Assembly (NCBI RefSeq): GCF_006345805.1
Contig: NC_042997.1
Span: forward strand, 106,392,001-106,456,000
From: Octopus sinensis
Lineage: Eukaryota
DNA length: 64,000 nucleotides
Direction: 5' to 3'
Position numbers and translations under genes: made by a program. Below are positions 38,338 to 52,999 of this stretch, in pieces. Numbering within the stretch: position 1 is the stretch's first letter; each line of letters opens with the position of its first letter. The notes beneath the pieces were generated by a model. The model did not search any database. It was given only the letters and a program-made list of their open reading frames with translations, and had not been told where the DNA came from.

Positions 38338-39722
38338 ACATCCTATTCTGGGTGCGGATTTTTTGAACAATTTTAATCTATTGGTAGATGTCAGGAGACA
38401 GAGACTCGTCGACGGTTCTACGTCTTAGTCTACACCTGCAAAGGCCACTACCAATGCTGTTCTATGTCCTTCATTTTTGTTGCCACTGCTGGTGATGTAT
38501 TTCATTCACTCTTAGCTTCTTTCCCAGAGTTGGTAGATCAGCTATTCCAAACGGCAAAACTATCAGTCTTTTCACGCCTGCGGCGACTTGCTCCTGACCG
38601 TGTTAAGAAGGCTAGGTCCGAGTTTGAGCATATGCTCCAGCTTGGCCTTATTCGCCCCCTCCACCAGCCCTTGGGCATCTCCCCTTCATTTGGCACGAAA
38701 ATGGGATTCTGATTTTCGCCCGGTGAGGGATTATAGACGTTTGACCGCGGTCACTGTTCCTGATCGCTATCCCATAAGAAATCTCCAGGACTTCTCTAAT
38801 TTGCATGGTTGTACTATTTTTTCTAAGGTTGACCTAGTTCGTGCCTATCATCAAATACCAGTCAATCCTGAAGACGTTCCAAAAACTGCCATCACTACTC
38901 CCTTTGGCAGCTTCAAGTTCCTTTTTATGAGCTTCGGTTTGCGGAACGCCACGAGCATGTTCCAAAGATTTATCGATGAAGTTGTCTGTGGACTTGATTT
39001 TGTGTTCGCTTACGTTGAGGACATACTCATTGCAAGCGACAAGCGTGAGAATCACCTCCAACACTTAAATAAACTCTTTCAATGTCTTCGCGCCAACAAT
39101 GTGCGAATCAATCCCAATAAGTGTGTTTTCGGACAGTCCTCTCTGGAATTTCTGGGGCATTATATCGACTCAAATGTTATCAAACCTCTCTCTTCCAAAG
39201 TTGATACAATTCAGCGCATCGCACTCCCCACTTCACTACGCCAACTCCGCCACTTTTGGGGATTCGTCAACTTCTACAGACGATTCATTCTTGACAGTGC
39301 AGAAAGGTTACTTCCCTTGACTCAGCTATTGAAGGAAAATACAAAAAGAATTCTCCTATTACTTTATCTGCCTTGGCGTTATCTGCTTTTGAGTCAATCA
39401 AGAAAGAAATAGCTTCTGTCCCTTTGCTTCCACATCCAGTTCCCGATGCTCCTCTCTCTTTAACCGTTGTTGCATCGGATTCTTCGGTTGGTGCTGTTTT
39501 GCAGCACACCGTAGACAATCAGACTAAACCTTTGGCGTTTTCTTCTCGTCAATTAAAGCCAGCTGACCGTCGCTACAGTACGTTTGATCGCGAGCTCTTG
39601 GCGATCTACTTGCCAGTTCGTCATTTTCAACATCAACTCGAGAGCCGATTTTGTGATTTATACTGATCACAAGCCTCTTACGTTTGCTCTGTCATCTAAA
39701 TAGGACAAATATTCGCCTCGTG
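38338..39722 (+). mobile_element. Ty3/Gypsy pol fragment (protease end, RT, RNase H), frameshifted
   Basis: ILGADFL; SPWASPLHL; DYRRL; DRYP; [15 protein letters not shown]; FGLRNA; [10 protein letters not shown]; DSSVGAVLQ; RYSTFDRELLAIY; YTDHKPL. Confidence 0.92.
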
Positions 39723-39724
39723 CG

Positions 39725-40485
39725 AGGTTAACATAATTAAAATGGCTAGGAAATCGTTTATAAAATATAAAAATAAATAATGGGCTAGGAAAGATACTAG
39801 CGAATTTTTTATATACCTATGGGAGCACCTGATTCTGCACAAGCTACGGATTTAGTAGGTATTTATCTTTTATCTGAACTCCAATTAGAAAATTTAAAAA
39901 TAGAGGGTGGTTTATATAGGGATGACCTTCTACTAATTACTAAGAATTGCACTAATAGGAACCTAGATGTATATAAGAAAAAACTTTATAGTTTCTTCTT
40001 TAAAAGATATGGTTTAAGTATTACTATATATAATGAGAATTTTAATGTTAATTATTTAGATGCTAATTTTAATCTAATTACGGGTAAACCACAACCATAT
40101 CATAAACTTAATGAGAACCTTAGATATATAAATGTTAATAGTAATCACCCACCATCAATTAAAAAATCGTTGATTAATAATATAAGTAAACGTATAACAT
40201 TACATTCTTATGATTTAGAGATTTTTAATAAACATGCTCCTTATTACAATGAGGCCCTTAGAGAGGCAGGTTATAATAGTAATATTAAATTTTTTTTATT
40301 AAAAATAAAGATAAAACTTTTAATAATAGTGATAAAAATATTAATAATAATTATAATAATTTTGTTAGTAATATTGGTAATAATCTTAGACATTATAAAA
40401 ATAAAAATAATATAAATAAAAATAAGAATAAAAATAAAAATAATAACTTTAATAATTCTTTAAATGTTAATTATAAATTTAAATC

Positions 40486-40526
<41 letters not shown>

Positions 40527-41895
40527 TGATAAAGAAATATAATAATAATAATGGTAACAATAATAATGACAGTTTTAATATTAATAAGAAGAAAAATAAG
40601 AATAAAATTTGGTTAATAGTTCCTTATGGTGCTCAAGTTGAAAAGAACATGGTTAAAGAGATTTTAGATATTATTAAACTATTTATTCGAGATAATCGTA
40701 AATATAAAAACATATTCTCTAGTAATAATTTTGGAGAAGGTTATTCTACCACTAATAGTGTAAGTAACATTATTTCTTCTTTTAACAAATTTGAGCTGAA
40801 TAATTTTTATAAAAATAAATTATATAATAATACCAATAATAAAAAAGATAATACACTAATTAACTGTACATGTAGAGATAAAACTAAATGCAACTTAAAT
40901 AATAAATGTGATATTAACGATGTAGTGTATAAATGTATAGTTACATTACATGATGAGAATAATAAAAATAATAATAACTCAAACGCGATATATATAGGGT
41001 ATACTTCGTCTACAATAAAATTAAGAATCGCACAGCATATGCATTTATTTAAAAATAAAAACTTAATTTACTCCACTGGACTTAGCAAGTACATTTGGGG
41101 ACTGAAATCCCAAAATATTAATTATGATTTATCTTAGGAAATAATTAGTAAGGCTAAATCATATAGTATAGGAGGGAACTTTTGTTATTTATGTTCAAAT
41201 TAGTTTAAGGAAATTTTATTTTATAAGCATGATAATTTAGTAAATACCTGGGATGAGCGCAAAATAAAATGCAGAGAGAAGTTACTTTACTTATATAATA
41301 AATTTCTTGATAAATAATGAATATTTCTTAGCCTTAATTAGCTCCGTATTTGTTGATTTATGTAATAGTATTCTAAATATAGCAGGTGATTTGTAGTACT
41401 TATTATATTAGTTTATTTTAGTTATTTAGGTTCCGTTTTTAATTATAATTAGATTATATATAGTTATTTATTTTATTACTAAATATCTTATTACTAAATA
41501 TATTTTTTAATAAATATTTAATGGTTTATTGAATATAGAGTTTGGTAAGTTACAATTTTATTTATCTTATAATAAAGTCAAGTTTATATATTTTGTTATA
41601 TTTCTGTTATAATTTTGTTAAATTATAATTTTGTTATATTAATCTATTTGTATGTAATCTCTTTATATTTGAAATAGATGTATTTAGTTGTTTATTTAAT
41701 CTATTTTATTTAATATAGAAGTATAGATTAGTAAGATTAAATATTTAGATTAAACTTAATGTTTACCTCAATTTTTGTATTGTAGTATGTCCATGTATGT
41801 ATGTGTGTGCATATGTGTATGTGTGTATATGTGTGTATATATGTGTATATATGTATATGTATGTATGTGTGTATGTATGTGTATATATATATATG

Positions 41896-41964
<69 letters not shown>

Positions 41965-43310
41965 TTATATTTATATATATATGTATACGTATGTATAGTT
42001 ATACTGCAAATTTTGATAACTATTTTAGAGTTTTGGTTATGATCACTAATCTTAGCTTATAATTATAAGAGAATGGGGAAAGACTTTATAGTACGATGAG
42101 TGGTTACTATAAAAAAATGTTTATATATTTATTTATCATATAAGATTTTTAGAATATATTTAATAATTAGTGGTTTTTAATCAATTAAATTATTTAATTT
42201 ATTTTGTGTTAAGTATTATTTATCATAGTTATTTTATTAATAAATCTTATAGTATAGAGTGATTTTATTCTTTATTTGTGACTTCATTCTATTTACACTG
42301 ATAAACCATTAATGTTCCCATTCACAATCTTCATTGATAAAGCGTATTTGTTCCTCACGCTTAATGAATTCTTCAACAATTTATTCTTTTTTGCTAATAA
42401 CGTAATTCCACGAGTATTCTTATAAACGCTGTAAAGATGTTTTCCGATTCAAAATTTTAGTTCATTACAAAACCTAGCTGAGGTAAGTATTTATTTATAT
42501 TTAAGATCTTTCAATTGTAAATTTTTATATTATATAAGTCTTTGGTGTAATAATATTTTCCTTATGTAAATATCGTTGTTTATGTAATGATCTAATTATC
42601 GTATATATGTGCATATATATTCATTTATGAAGGGGTTTTTTTAGATCTTAATTATAAAATACATTTATATATTTATGTAATTAGTTATAGACTATTACCG
42701 ATATTAGATTATTGGTGGGTTTCCTACCTTATAAATTAAAATTAATATTTAACATTATAATCGATTTTCATATAATCATAATTGTTAAGTTTTAAGTTTC
42801 TAGTTTGATAATAGAGTTTTCTATAAGTAAAGTTATTATATTATTTATATCTTTAAAAAATTGTTTAAATATTTCTGATTATTTTTAAAATATTTCAATT
42901 AACCTGAAGATTGACTGTAACCATAACACGAATTATTAATTGAATTTAAATTATTGTTATTCGAATTGGTACAGCCATGAAACGATCGTAGTGTTTTACT
43001 CTTTATCTTTTATTAAACTTTTAATACTTTTGATATATAAATATAAAATATACATACATATATATATATATATTTGTATATATATATAAAATTTATAAGT
43101 TTAAATTATTTAAATAATTTTTAATTTTTAACTTTTATATTTTTAAATTAATTTTATGTATTGGCTTATGTTTTTCACTGTTTGATTTGCCTAATAGTGG
43201 TTTTATCTCTAATTTAATATAATATAATATAATATATTTATACTATAAAATTGGATTTGATCCTAAATCTAATTTTCCCCGTAAGTTTGGATTTATTCCC
43301 TAATATTATT
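39725..43310 (+). mobile_element. Decayed Penelope-like retroelement (RT + GIY-YIG endonuclease + pLTR)
   Basis: RT motifs MGAPDS, GLYRDD, VNYLD, SNHPPSI; Cys-rich linker CTCRDKTKC..C; VVYKCIV...IYIGYTSSTIKLRIAQH (GIY-YIG); 3' hammerhead-bearing end. Confidence 0.88.
42900..42996 (+). ncRNA. Hammerhead motif in the 3' pLTR of a Penelope-like element
   Basis: CTGAAGA at 42904-42910; stem II tgactgta..tacagcca; GAAAC-GATC-GTA (palindromic minimal stem III). Stem I is weak. Confidence 0.55.
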
Positions 43311-43346
43311 AATATTTATATATATATATATATATATACATGTATA

Positions 43347-43510
43347 CGACGGGCTTCTTTCAGTTTCCGTCTACCAAATCCACTCACAAGGCTTTGGTCG
43401 ACCCGAGGCTATAGTAGAAACACTTGCCCAAGGTGCCACGCAGTGGAACTGAACTCAGAACTATTTGTTTGATAAACAAGCTACATACCACACAGCCACT
43501 CTTACGCCTA
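43347..43510 (-). mobile_element. SINE 5' half, orthologous to 8400-8557
   Basis: Same head sequence and same downstream unique flank as 8400-8880. Confidence 0.8.
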
Positions 43511-43805
43511 TATTTTTTTCATACATATATTTTCTATATTAATGTTATTTCTAGCAATGATGGCGAAACATGATATTTATAATATAAAGTTAAATACACT
43601 CAAATACTGTCAAGTGTCCACCTCAACGAATATTTTAGCTATTAAGGAAAAGTATTAACAGAAACAACACATAACAAAACAAAAAATATGAAAAACAAAC
43701 GACGATGACATGGTTTATTGTTTCTTTAAAACCACATTTAAGGAAGAGTCCTTCAATAACAGGAATTATAACACAAGAGTGGGCAATCCTATTTCCTATT
43801 ATATA

Positions 43806-43844
<39 letters not shown>

Positions 43845-43999
43845 CATATATATATGTATATATGTATATATATTATATATATACATATATATATTTATGT
43901 ACATATATACATACCTATATATATATGCGTACATACACACACACACATATAAATATATATATATGAATGCATACATAGATATCTGCTTGCGTGTGTATG

Positions 44000-44047
<48 letters not shown>

Positions 44048-44249
44048 CATACATACATACATACATACACGCGTGCGCGCATGCTTGCATGTGTATACAC
44101 TAAAAAAACACACCTAAAAATGTGTAAGTGCACGTGAGGTTTTGTATGTGTATAAGTGCGTGAGAGAGTGTGTTTGTGTATGTGTATGTGAGTGTTTGTG
44201 TGCGTGTTTGTGTGAGTGTATGTGTGTGTGTGTGTGTGCGTGTTCATGA

Positions 44250-45189
44250 AATTTTTTTTAAATCCTCTCTTGCTCTACTAACTTCATTGGTCAAATACGT
44301 CTGCCAATAACAAAAGCTTAAATTCCTATTACATCTTTTAGCGAATCACTGCAAAATTCAACAAAAGACAACTCCATACATGGAAGAACGAAAGCCTCGC
44401 CGATTATTCTGTCAGGATACAACTGAAATTTTACTTTACGGCGTACATATCATATTGGCGAGACAGAACCTAAGCCCGTGGACGAGGAGTAGAAATGGTT
44501 TACTCAGATTTAACAAATTACATTTAAGTTAGATCGAAAACTTGCAACATATCTTATATTTGTTCCAGATTAATGGAAAACGGCCGTTAATCATACATAA
44601 ATGATTCACATACGCTGAAGACAAAGATATAATTTATTATTATTACTTCACACTGCCAGCAGAGTAATAATAACCATCTATCTTTAATTATATTATCACT
44701 AGATCGGGAAGCTTGTTTTCATTTATATCGCTAAATACCGGAATATAAAATGAAAACGAACAGATTATGAAGTCGAACAACAATTCCACCTGAAAGTATT
44801 CCAATATTTAAAATCATTAGACCCACTAAATTTGGATAATCCATTGGAACATTTACTGCCAAGCACTTTCCGCGATTTTTGGTCTCATTCAGATAGAAAA
44901 CTTGCCTTTCCTTAATACGAAAATATACTAAATGTATATACGTAATATTATGTGAAATGAACTTCGATTGAATGCTTTACCCACACTTATAGCAATCAGA
45001 TACGTAAGTAGCTTTAACTTATAGCAAAACTTTTAGTCTTTCACATATTATCACTACCAATCAGGTCGAGATTTCATTATTTTGGATCTTTCTTTTGACG
45101 TTTAACCTAGTATTCCATAGCAATCTATTAAAAAATTAGCATTAAATTACTTGCGTTTCTTCATTTCTGGCTGAAATGCTTATCTAAAG
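44250..45189 (+). promoter_or_regulatory. Putative promoter/5' region of TLR copy C (homologous to 13090-13916 upstream of copy A)
   Basis: Non-repetitive block shared by A and C directly upstream of the CDS. Contains CCAATCAG (NF-Y box, about 45057 / 13865) and TGACGT (about 45096 / 13904) in both copies. Confidence 0.55.
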
Positions 45190-47432
45190 ATGATATACAT
45201 ATTCATTATTATATTTGGTTATTTCTTGAAAATATTTACTTCAGTGACTGCAAATTGTCAGACAGATTGTCCAATTGTTTGCCACTGTACCGAAGACAAA
45301 TTAAAACACTGTACAGTAACATGTACTGACAAAATTCTAACTCAAATACCCAGTTATTTTCCAGAAAATACGACATCATTAGATCTAAGTCGAAACCACA
45401 TTAAAAGAATTCCTCCTGATATTATTAGACATTTAAACTTATTAGAGGTGCTAAAAGTTGACGATAATCTTCTTGAATATTTACTGCCAAACACCTTTCA
45501 AGGTTTGTGGTCTTTGAGAGAACTGTCATTGGAATACAACAAACTAACTATTAATTATTCGTCATTTCCTATAAATCTTTTCCGAAATTTAACTAAAGTG
45601 AAAATTCTAAAATTACGAGGTAACACTGTGCACAAAAACACAAAACTTATTGATAGAACTATATCTCATCTAACTGCACTGGAAGATTTATACATGACAG
45701 GTGGTCAGTACTTTATCTTTGGAGCAGGATATAAGAATTTGACAAAATTAAAATATATTAATTTTGCCTCAAAAAGAAACAGTTCAGTTATGATATATAT
45801 TGTAAAATATGCATTTAGAAATGTTCCCAGAATAACCCATTTGAATTTAGATTACTGCCACTTACACAGATTAAACGGCTACACATTAGCATTTTTCGAA
45901 AATCTGCACCTCCTACGCATTTCATTTAACAATCAAAAGCTGCTGGAGGAAATTCCACGGACCTTGGGACGTCTAAAATTCCCAAGCAAATTGCAAATAT
46001 TATATTTTAGTAATATGAAATTATATGTGGGAACTGGCAATGTTATTACCGAACGTTTTACAAAAACTTTACATAAATCTGGATTGAAGAAGATTGTTTT
46101 AAATTCAGATCATATTGAATCAATTTCTTGGAATAGCATTCCCTCCTTGCCCAACACATTGGAATACGCTTATTTGAGAAACAACCAATTAACATACGGA
46201 GAATATATCTTTCAAATTAAGGCTTTACCCAACATTAAATTAATCGACATTAGCATGACATTATCATGTAGAAAGCTACCATTTATTCGTAGTAAATTAT
46301 TCAATAGCGATATTACATACAGTTATGCAATCCCTAAATCTCTTAAAACATTCTTACTACAAGGTTGCCACTATCAATTTCCGATACCACCATTCCATAT
46401 AAAAGATGCAAATGCAATACGATTAATTAATGCAACGAATAATTTATTTTGTCCATGGAGTGGCCCAGTCCGAGGCTTAGAACAATTACAAATTCTGGAT
46501 TTAAGTCAGAACCAATGCAATAATATCAGCAACGAATTCTTCACATATTTCACTGGTCTGCGACTTTTGAATATCGAAAATAACGCAATAGGAATTTCAG
46601 GTCAAGTTGCCGAAGAAGGTTTCAGCAAAGCTTTTCTAAATTTAACCAGCCTCGAAGAATTACATCTTTCAAATAACCACATTCAATATTTATCAAACAA
46701 CAGTTTGTTACAGCTGAAAAATCTCAGAATCTTAAATTTACGCAACAATTTATTGGAATCATTTGATGTAAAGATTAGTCATATGTTAAATTTATCATAT
46801 TTAGATTTATCTAAAAACGTTTTACAGGAACTGTCGGAAAACACTTTTAATGCCATTGAAAAGATATCTGAACACCATAAATTCACTGTCAACATCCAAA
46901 GCAATAATTTGAAATGTGGTTGTGCACAAATAAGATTTCTCACTTGGCTGCACAAAGTACGGAATTCAGGTCGTTTGAAAATAATGTACTCGAAATGTAC
47001 TCATCCTAACGGAACAGTATGGAAGTTGAAAGGAGATCGGCTTGTTAGGATCGTAAGCTTTCTGAATCACACTTGTTCAGCCTTGATAGGGATAATAATT
47101 GCGATAAGTTTTGGTGTTGTAATACTGATTATATTTCTAGTTGCCTCACTCATTTACCATTTTAGATGGAAGCTACAATATTTATATTACATGATCCGAG
47201 AAAAGTATTCCTACAAACGACTCACTCCCGATGAATATATTTACGATGCATTTGTGATTTATGCCGACGAAAATCGAGATTTTGCATTAAATTATTTGAT
47301 TCCAGAATTGGAAGAAAAAGAAAACTTACGTTTGAATATTCATCATCGGGACTTCCCTGTTGGAAAATTGATATCAGAAAATATATTATCAGCAATCCAA
47401 TCTAGTCGAAAATGTATTATTTTATTAAGCAG
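45190..47432 (+). CDS. Toll-like receptor copy C, exon 1 (signal peptide, LRRNT, LRRs, LRRCT, TM, N-terminal TIR)
   Basis: Open 748-codon frame. Hydrophobic N-terminus MIYIFIIIFGYFL; LRRNT CPIVCHC..VTC; many LxxLxLxxN repeats; single juxtamembrane cysteine cluster NNLKCGC..KCTHP; TM LIGIIIAISFGVVILIIFLVASLIY; TIR box1 YDAFVIY and BB loop HHRDFPVG. Ends at donor AG|GTAAGA (phase 2). Confidence 0.96.
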
Positions 47433-47461
47433 GTAAGAAACCCCCATTAAAATTATAGCAT

Positions 47462-47505
<44 letters not shown>

Positions 47506-47522
47506 CTTCCTAATTTTCAAAG

Positions 47523-47742
47523 TACGATGGGTTGCTGAAAAACTCCTGGTTTTAAGGGTACCACGAAAGGCTTGGTTGGAGGCCCAATCTTCCGAGTTCT
47601 TTTACAGAGCTTAGAAAAACTGAAGGATCGCAGCAATAAGTGTGTGAATCTGAGGGGGGAATATGTTGAATAAAATGATGCTTAACTCATCCACTTGTAT
47701 TTTCTTTTAACCACAGCCAGGAACTTTTCAGCAGCCCCTCGT
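47523..47742. mobile_element. Mariner-type MITE in the TLR C intron (partial copy about 14825-15020 in A)
   Basis: Ends tacgatgggttgctgaaaaactcctgg / ccaggaacttttcagcagcccctcgt. Confidence 0.65.
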
Positions 47743-49699
47743 TCAAAGCAATTATTAGCATTATTTGTATTATTAACAGATATCACATTCAACACATATT
47801 TTGAGTACTAACTATAATATATATTCCTTTCTTTAGCATAATTTATTTGACATAAAACAAAAGAATTTAATGCATGGTTTAACTAACTCGGTAATAATTA
47901 GAAACATTAACATCACTTAACATTTCCGTGGGTCCGTGTTTAAAAAAAGTTTTGGATCAAGAAGGATATGTAGAGGGATTAAAAGTGTAAAAGAGTAGCA
48001 GTTGTGTAAGGGTGAGTGTGAGTTACGAAAATGTCTGCTACGTCAAACTGTACTATCTACCCCATGTTCAATATACTCCATAATATTAAAAAGTATATAT
48101 TATATATATACGTAGATGTGCGTACATGTATGTATGCATGTATGTATGTCATTTTTCAGCGTATTTCAAGATTTCTTGCCTATAGAGAAAGAACCGTCTT
48201 CTAACCTAGATGCTTCATTGGAATTTCAAAGTCGACAACAAGGTATTTTTGATTGTATGTATGTATGCATGCATGTATGTATGAATGTATGTACGTATGT
48301 ATGTATGTATGTATGTTTGTATGTATGTATGTATGTATGTATGTATGTATGTATGTACGTACGTACGTATGTATGCACGCATGCATATATGTATGTGTGT
48401 GTATGTATGTATTTTGTATGTATGTTTGTATGTATGTATGTATGTATGTATGTATGTATGCATGTATGTATGCATGTATGTATGCACAGCTTTGTTTCAT
48501 GCATGTATTCTCATGCATAATGAGAAACTGCTGAAAAGTTTTACACATTTCTATAGTTCCAGTGAGAGATTGGATCTGTAGTCTTCAAATTAGCATGTAT
48601 GTACGTACGTATGTATGCATGCATGCATATATGTATGTGTTTATGTATGTATGTATGTATGTATGTATGTATGTATGTATGTATGTATGTATGTATGTAT
48701 GTATGTATGTATGTATGTATGTATGTATGTATGTATGTATGTTAATGCCAAGAGATACTTTAGGCAATAAACTCCGATATCCAACAACTAACATTATGTC
48801 CACTAATTTAAGTATTCCTGGTTTCAGATAAAAATAATATAGTTTATACAAGTATTAAACTATTAGTGACATCTAACTTGGGTAGAATAGTTTTCTCTGA
48901 CGCTTCTACTGTAAAGGGATAATCTATTTGTTCAACATGATTTTGGCAAAATTCACTCAAATAGATTACTCTTGCATTGGTGTCATTTGAAATTGCTTAG
49001 GATATTCACTCTCGTATTACGCTACAATACAACATTGCACACAGTCCTGTATCTAATATTGCCAAAATATCTGGACAGCTTAACATTCTTAAGCTGTAAT
49101 TATGATATAAAACTTGTCTTTGAAGTCCTTAGTTGCCCTTAACAAATTCCGAAATGCCACCAATATCGTAGGTTGATTCAGAATTTTGTTGTCTCCTGAT
49201 TTCCGGCAGTTTCTACTAGTCATCATCTTTCTACTAACGTGAAAATTGCAATTAATAGACTGTTTCCACAACACATTTTACATTTACAGTAGGGAGTAAC
49301 GGTCACCTACCAGACTTCAATGGGAGTGGAAGTTAAAAAATTCAAGAATATGTCGAAATATTACATCTGAATATTTTCTATTGAACAATAGTTAAGAGTC
49401 TCTAAAACTTCGCACCTCATAGGAACTGGAACAGTTCAAATTTAGGCATATATCTTTATGCGAACGGAATTACAAAATCTACTGCACAATAAAGTGCAGC
49501 AAGTTGAGTCGTAGAAGTTTAACAAAAATATTTCTACATAATCAGCACACCGAGTACATCTGATAATATAAAATAATACTTGGGAAAATGAACATTAGGA
49601 AACTACAAATAGCAATATTTATTAGAAGTCCATTTGAAGAATTAAGAGACTATTTCAATACAGAATTGTTCATTGATATTTTATTATGTTCTCTTGCAG

Positions 49700-49940
49700 A
49701 TATTTTGTGGAAAGTAAATGGTGTATGTTTGAATATAACTTAGCTAAAATGGAATATATTCATACCGAAAGAAATATAGTAATTATTGTGGTACTGGAGC
49801 AGGTACCACACAGACAGCTGCCATTACCAATTCTTGAACAGATAAAGAATCAGAGTTACATTGAATTTCCAAAAGAAAATGAGATTGCCCAAGAAATGTT
49901 CTGGAAAAATCTAAAACATTCTATACAGCTAAAAGATTAA
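49700..49940 (+). CDS. Toll-like receptor copy C, exon 2 (C-terminal TIR)
   Basis: Acceptor ttctcttgcAG|A completes the Arg codon (AG+A). Encodes YFVESKWCMFEYNLA...YIEFP...FWKNLK (SxWC motif, box3 FW), stop TAA at 49938-49940, AATAAA downstream near 50013. Spliced protein about 827 aa. Confidence 0.93.
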
Positions 49941-50389
49941 TGTATTTAAATTTGTTATAATTACAATTTACAGTCATCAAGAAAAGATGCTTATAATTTT
50001 AATAAGGTAGGCAATAAAATATTTTGAACTTTGGAATTGTTATTTATGACTATTAAAATACTAGAATGGATATGAAAGTTAATTTGCACAAGAATTAATA
50101 AAGATTACATTAAAAGTGGAACGACAGATGTATCTTATTAAAATGCTCAAGTTAAACTACTATTTTATGAACTGAAACAAACTAGCTAATTTAATTAATT
50201 ACTACAGATGTTGGATATCAATAATAATGATGCAGTATATTGATATGATTATGCTAATACAAATTTAATTAATGTAAAATGATCTGTGTTGAATTTGGTG
50301 TCAGGAAGCGAGGAAAACAATGCACATGCAGAACTAATAATAAGATTTCCTGCAGATGTAAACTTTGAATAAAAGAAACAAGATACACG

Positions 50390-50481
<92 letters not shown>

Positions 50482-51073
50482 TGTGTGTGTGTCAGTTAAA
50501 AATAGCGACGTAAAATAATCGTTGCTTTGATGCATTTGTCCTTGATTTTTCAACTGATTGGAAATGATCTTCTGCACCAAACCGTAAATTTGTCGAACTG
50601 ACTGATATATTATAATAACGACCCAATAACCAGAGATGTGACAAAAAGCCTTGCGGGCAAAGGAGATGTTATCTATTTACAACAGGAGCCGTGTTTGTAA
50701 CGAATAATAATTAGCATATTCAATCAAAATTCGGTATGATGTTTAGAACGCCTTGAATTTCATGACACGTACAAATTAAGGACGGACTATATCGGCTGAC
50801 CGAATGAGAGTCTGCAGCGGTGGATGGCATTATCATATTACGTGATTTCACTGTTGATTGCGGATCATCAGTGATACCCAAACTATTCTCTATATAAGTG
50901 TAGATTAAAATATATTCAGTGACATACTTAACGTGTTTAGCAAACCCTTTACAATAGTTATTGTCACTGTACGAGTTCCCAATGACAAGCGGGGAGAGGG
51001 CGGAAAGGAAGGTAAATAAATGCCTTCGAAGACAACAGGCCTGTACATAAGATCGTTACTGTACTTACTGTAC

Positions 51074-51339
51074 AAAGAGATCAAAGAGGGTCACGAAAGA
51101 GATCAAAGAGGGTGCCGAAAGAGATCAAAGAGGGTGCCGAAAGAGATCAAAGAGGGTGCCGTAAGAAATCAAAGAAGGTGCCAAAAGAGATCAAAGCGCG
51201 TGCCGAAAGAGATCAAAGAGGATGCCGATTGAGATCAAAGAGGGTCCCGAAAGACATCAAAGAGGCTGCCGAAAGAGATCAAAGAGGAGTCCCGAAAGAG
51301 ATCAAAGATGCTGCCGAAAGAGATCAAAGAGGAGTCCCG
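51074..51339. repeat. 22-bp minisatellite (gccgaaagagatcaaagagggt)n, block 1
   Basis: About 12 tandem units with variants. Confidence 0.9.
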
Positions 51340-51867
51340 TGTCGTGTAAGCGGTTGTGGCTACTATGATGTGCAGGTTACTTGATACAGGAAATTCTCGC
51401 AGGTTAAGCTTGCTGTTAACCATGGTGACGTATTCACAAACAGCCTGAAGATAAACCACAGCGAAGTTGCTGTGTATGTAGAGATGTTGGCGTCGTTAAG
51501 ATGAAGGCAACCGAGATGGAGGCAACGTTAAGATAAAGGCGACGGAGGTGGAGGTCCGGAAATACTTCTGGTAGTGTTTGTCGCTGAACTGGCTGTCACT
51601 GGAACTGGCTGTGTCACTCTGTGATCAGTGGTCTAGAACCAAAGACGCTCGCCTCGATGAATTGCTGTGTTTTATAGTAAATGATAGGCTCAAACGGAGC
51701 TTTAGAAAAACTGTGTCACAGGACCTTATCATAAGGCTGCGATTGGTTGGATTGCACATTGGCGCGTAATACAGCAAGAGACAAACTGCGCCAATACCAA
51801 TCAATTAGAGTAGTGGATGCAACAGGGTCCAAACGGCCGAAGGTTAGCTGTTATCTGCTACGTTCGT

Positions 51868-52047
51868 AGGGTGCCGAAAGAGATCAAAAAGGGTCCCGAA
51901 AGAGGTCAAAGCGGGTCCCGAAAGAGATCAAAGAGGGTGCCGAAAGAGATCAAAGAGGGTCCCGAAAGAGATCAAAGAGGGTCCCGAAAGAGATCAAAGA
52001 GGGTGCCGAATGAGATCAAAGAGGAGTCCCGAAAGAGATCCCGAAAG
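51868..52047. repeat. 22-bp minisatellite, block 2
   Basis: About 8 tandem units of the same motif. Confidence 0.9.
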
Positions 52048-52520
52048 ATTGCGTTTCCCTCAGGAAACAGTTCCGCAGCCATAGGATGAATTTGATCAGA
52101 TAAAATGCTTAAATAGTCTTGATTATAAATTCTGCCATGAAGGGCCAGCGGATTTCCAAGATAGCCCCCCAAGATCATCACAGATTCTCCACTATGTTGG
52201 AAGAAGGTAGCCTGGGTCACATGCATCTTTTGGTTGTGTCTACACGTATACTCGGCCGGTGGTTGGAAATAAGGTAAAGGATGACTCATCCAAGAAAATA
52301 ACATCCTTCCACTGCTCTAGGGGCCATTTCTGTAGGTATTTACTCCACTCTAAACGCTTTGTGCAGCTCCCGGCGAACAGTTTTTGTGGAAATTGAGTTC
52401 TCGAGGTGATCATTAAGCTCTGCAGTAATTTTGGGAGCTGAACTTTTGTGACCTTTTCTAGCAATTCGCGTAGGGGTCCGACGGCCCCTATCTGTAAGTT
52501 TTGGATTGACACCTATTATT
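52048..52520 (-). mobile_element. Tc1 transposase fragment
   Basis: KITAELN..ISTKTVRRELHK; QWKDVIFLDESSFTLFPTTGRVYV; HSGESVMI; YLSILSDQIHPM..GNAIF. Confidence 0.85.
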
Positions 52521-52999
52521 TTCTTCTGCCACCCTAAATTGTAGTAGGTTTTAGGTATGCATATTTTCCTTAAATTCATTCTGCCAAAAACACAGCAAAT
52601 TGAAACAATGCAATTATTTTAGTCTCTTGTACTGATGAAATTTTGCTAAAAAATGTTGGAAATCTATACGGTGGTCTGCTTTTGAGAAGAGCGGTTTAAT
52701 TCAAACTGAAATAACGTTTTCATTGATCGATTAAATAGAGCCTTTCTCTTTTCTAGCACCATCCCTTTCTTTTAAACCCGATGTAACTTGATCCATCCTT
52801 GTCCTTCCATTCACATTCCCAATATTTTTTTTATCAACAGTTCTTTGCCTATATTTACAAATGTTTGCAATTCTTATAGAAAGATAATAGTGACTGAAAT
52901 TTGTAGCAATTTTTCATTCCCTAACCAGACGGGCATTTATGATCAAGACAGCCAAAACTCAGGAGACACAACTTTATGTATGGATGTACCTGATGAAAC

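Noticed and set aside
51074-52047. 22-bp repeat arrays as a CRISPR array or repetitive protein (PKEIKEG...)
   Set aside because: Units are head-to-tail with no unique spacers, there are no cas genes, the context is eukaryotic, and all frames are equally repetitive.
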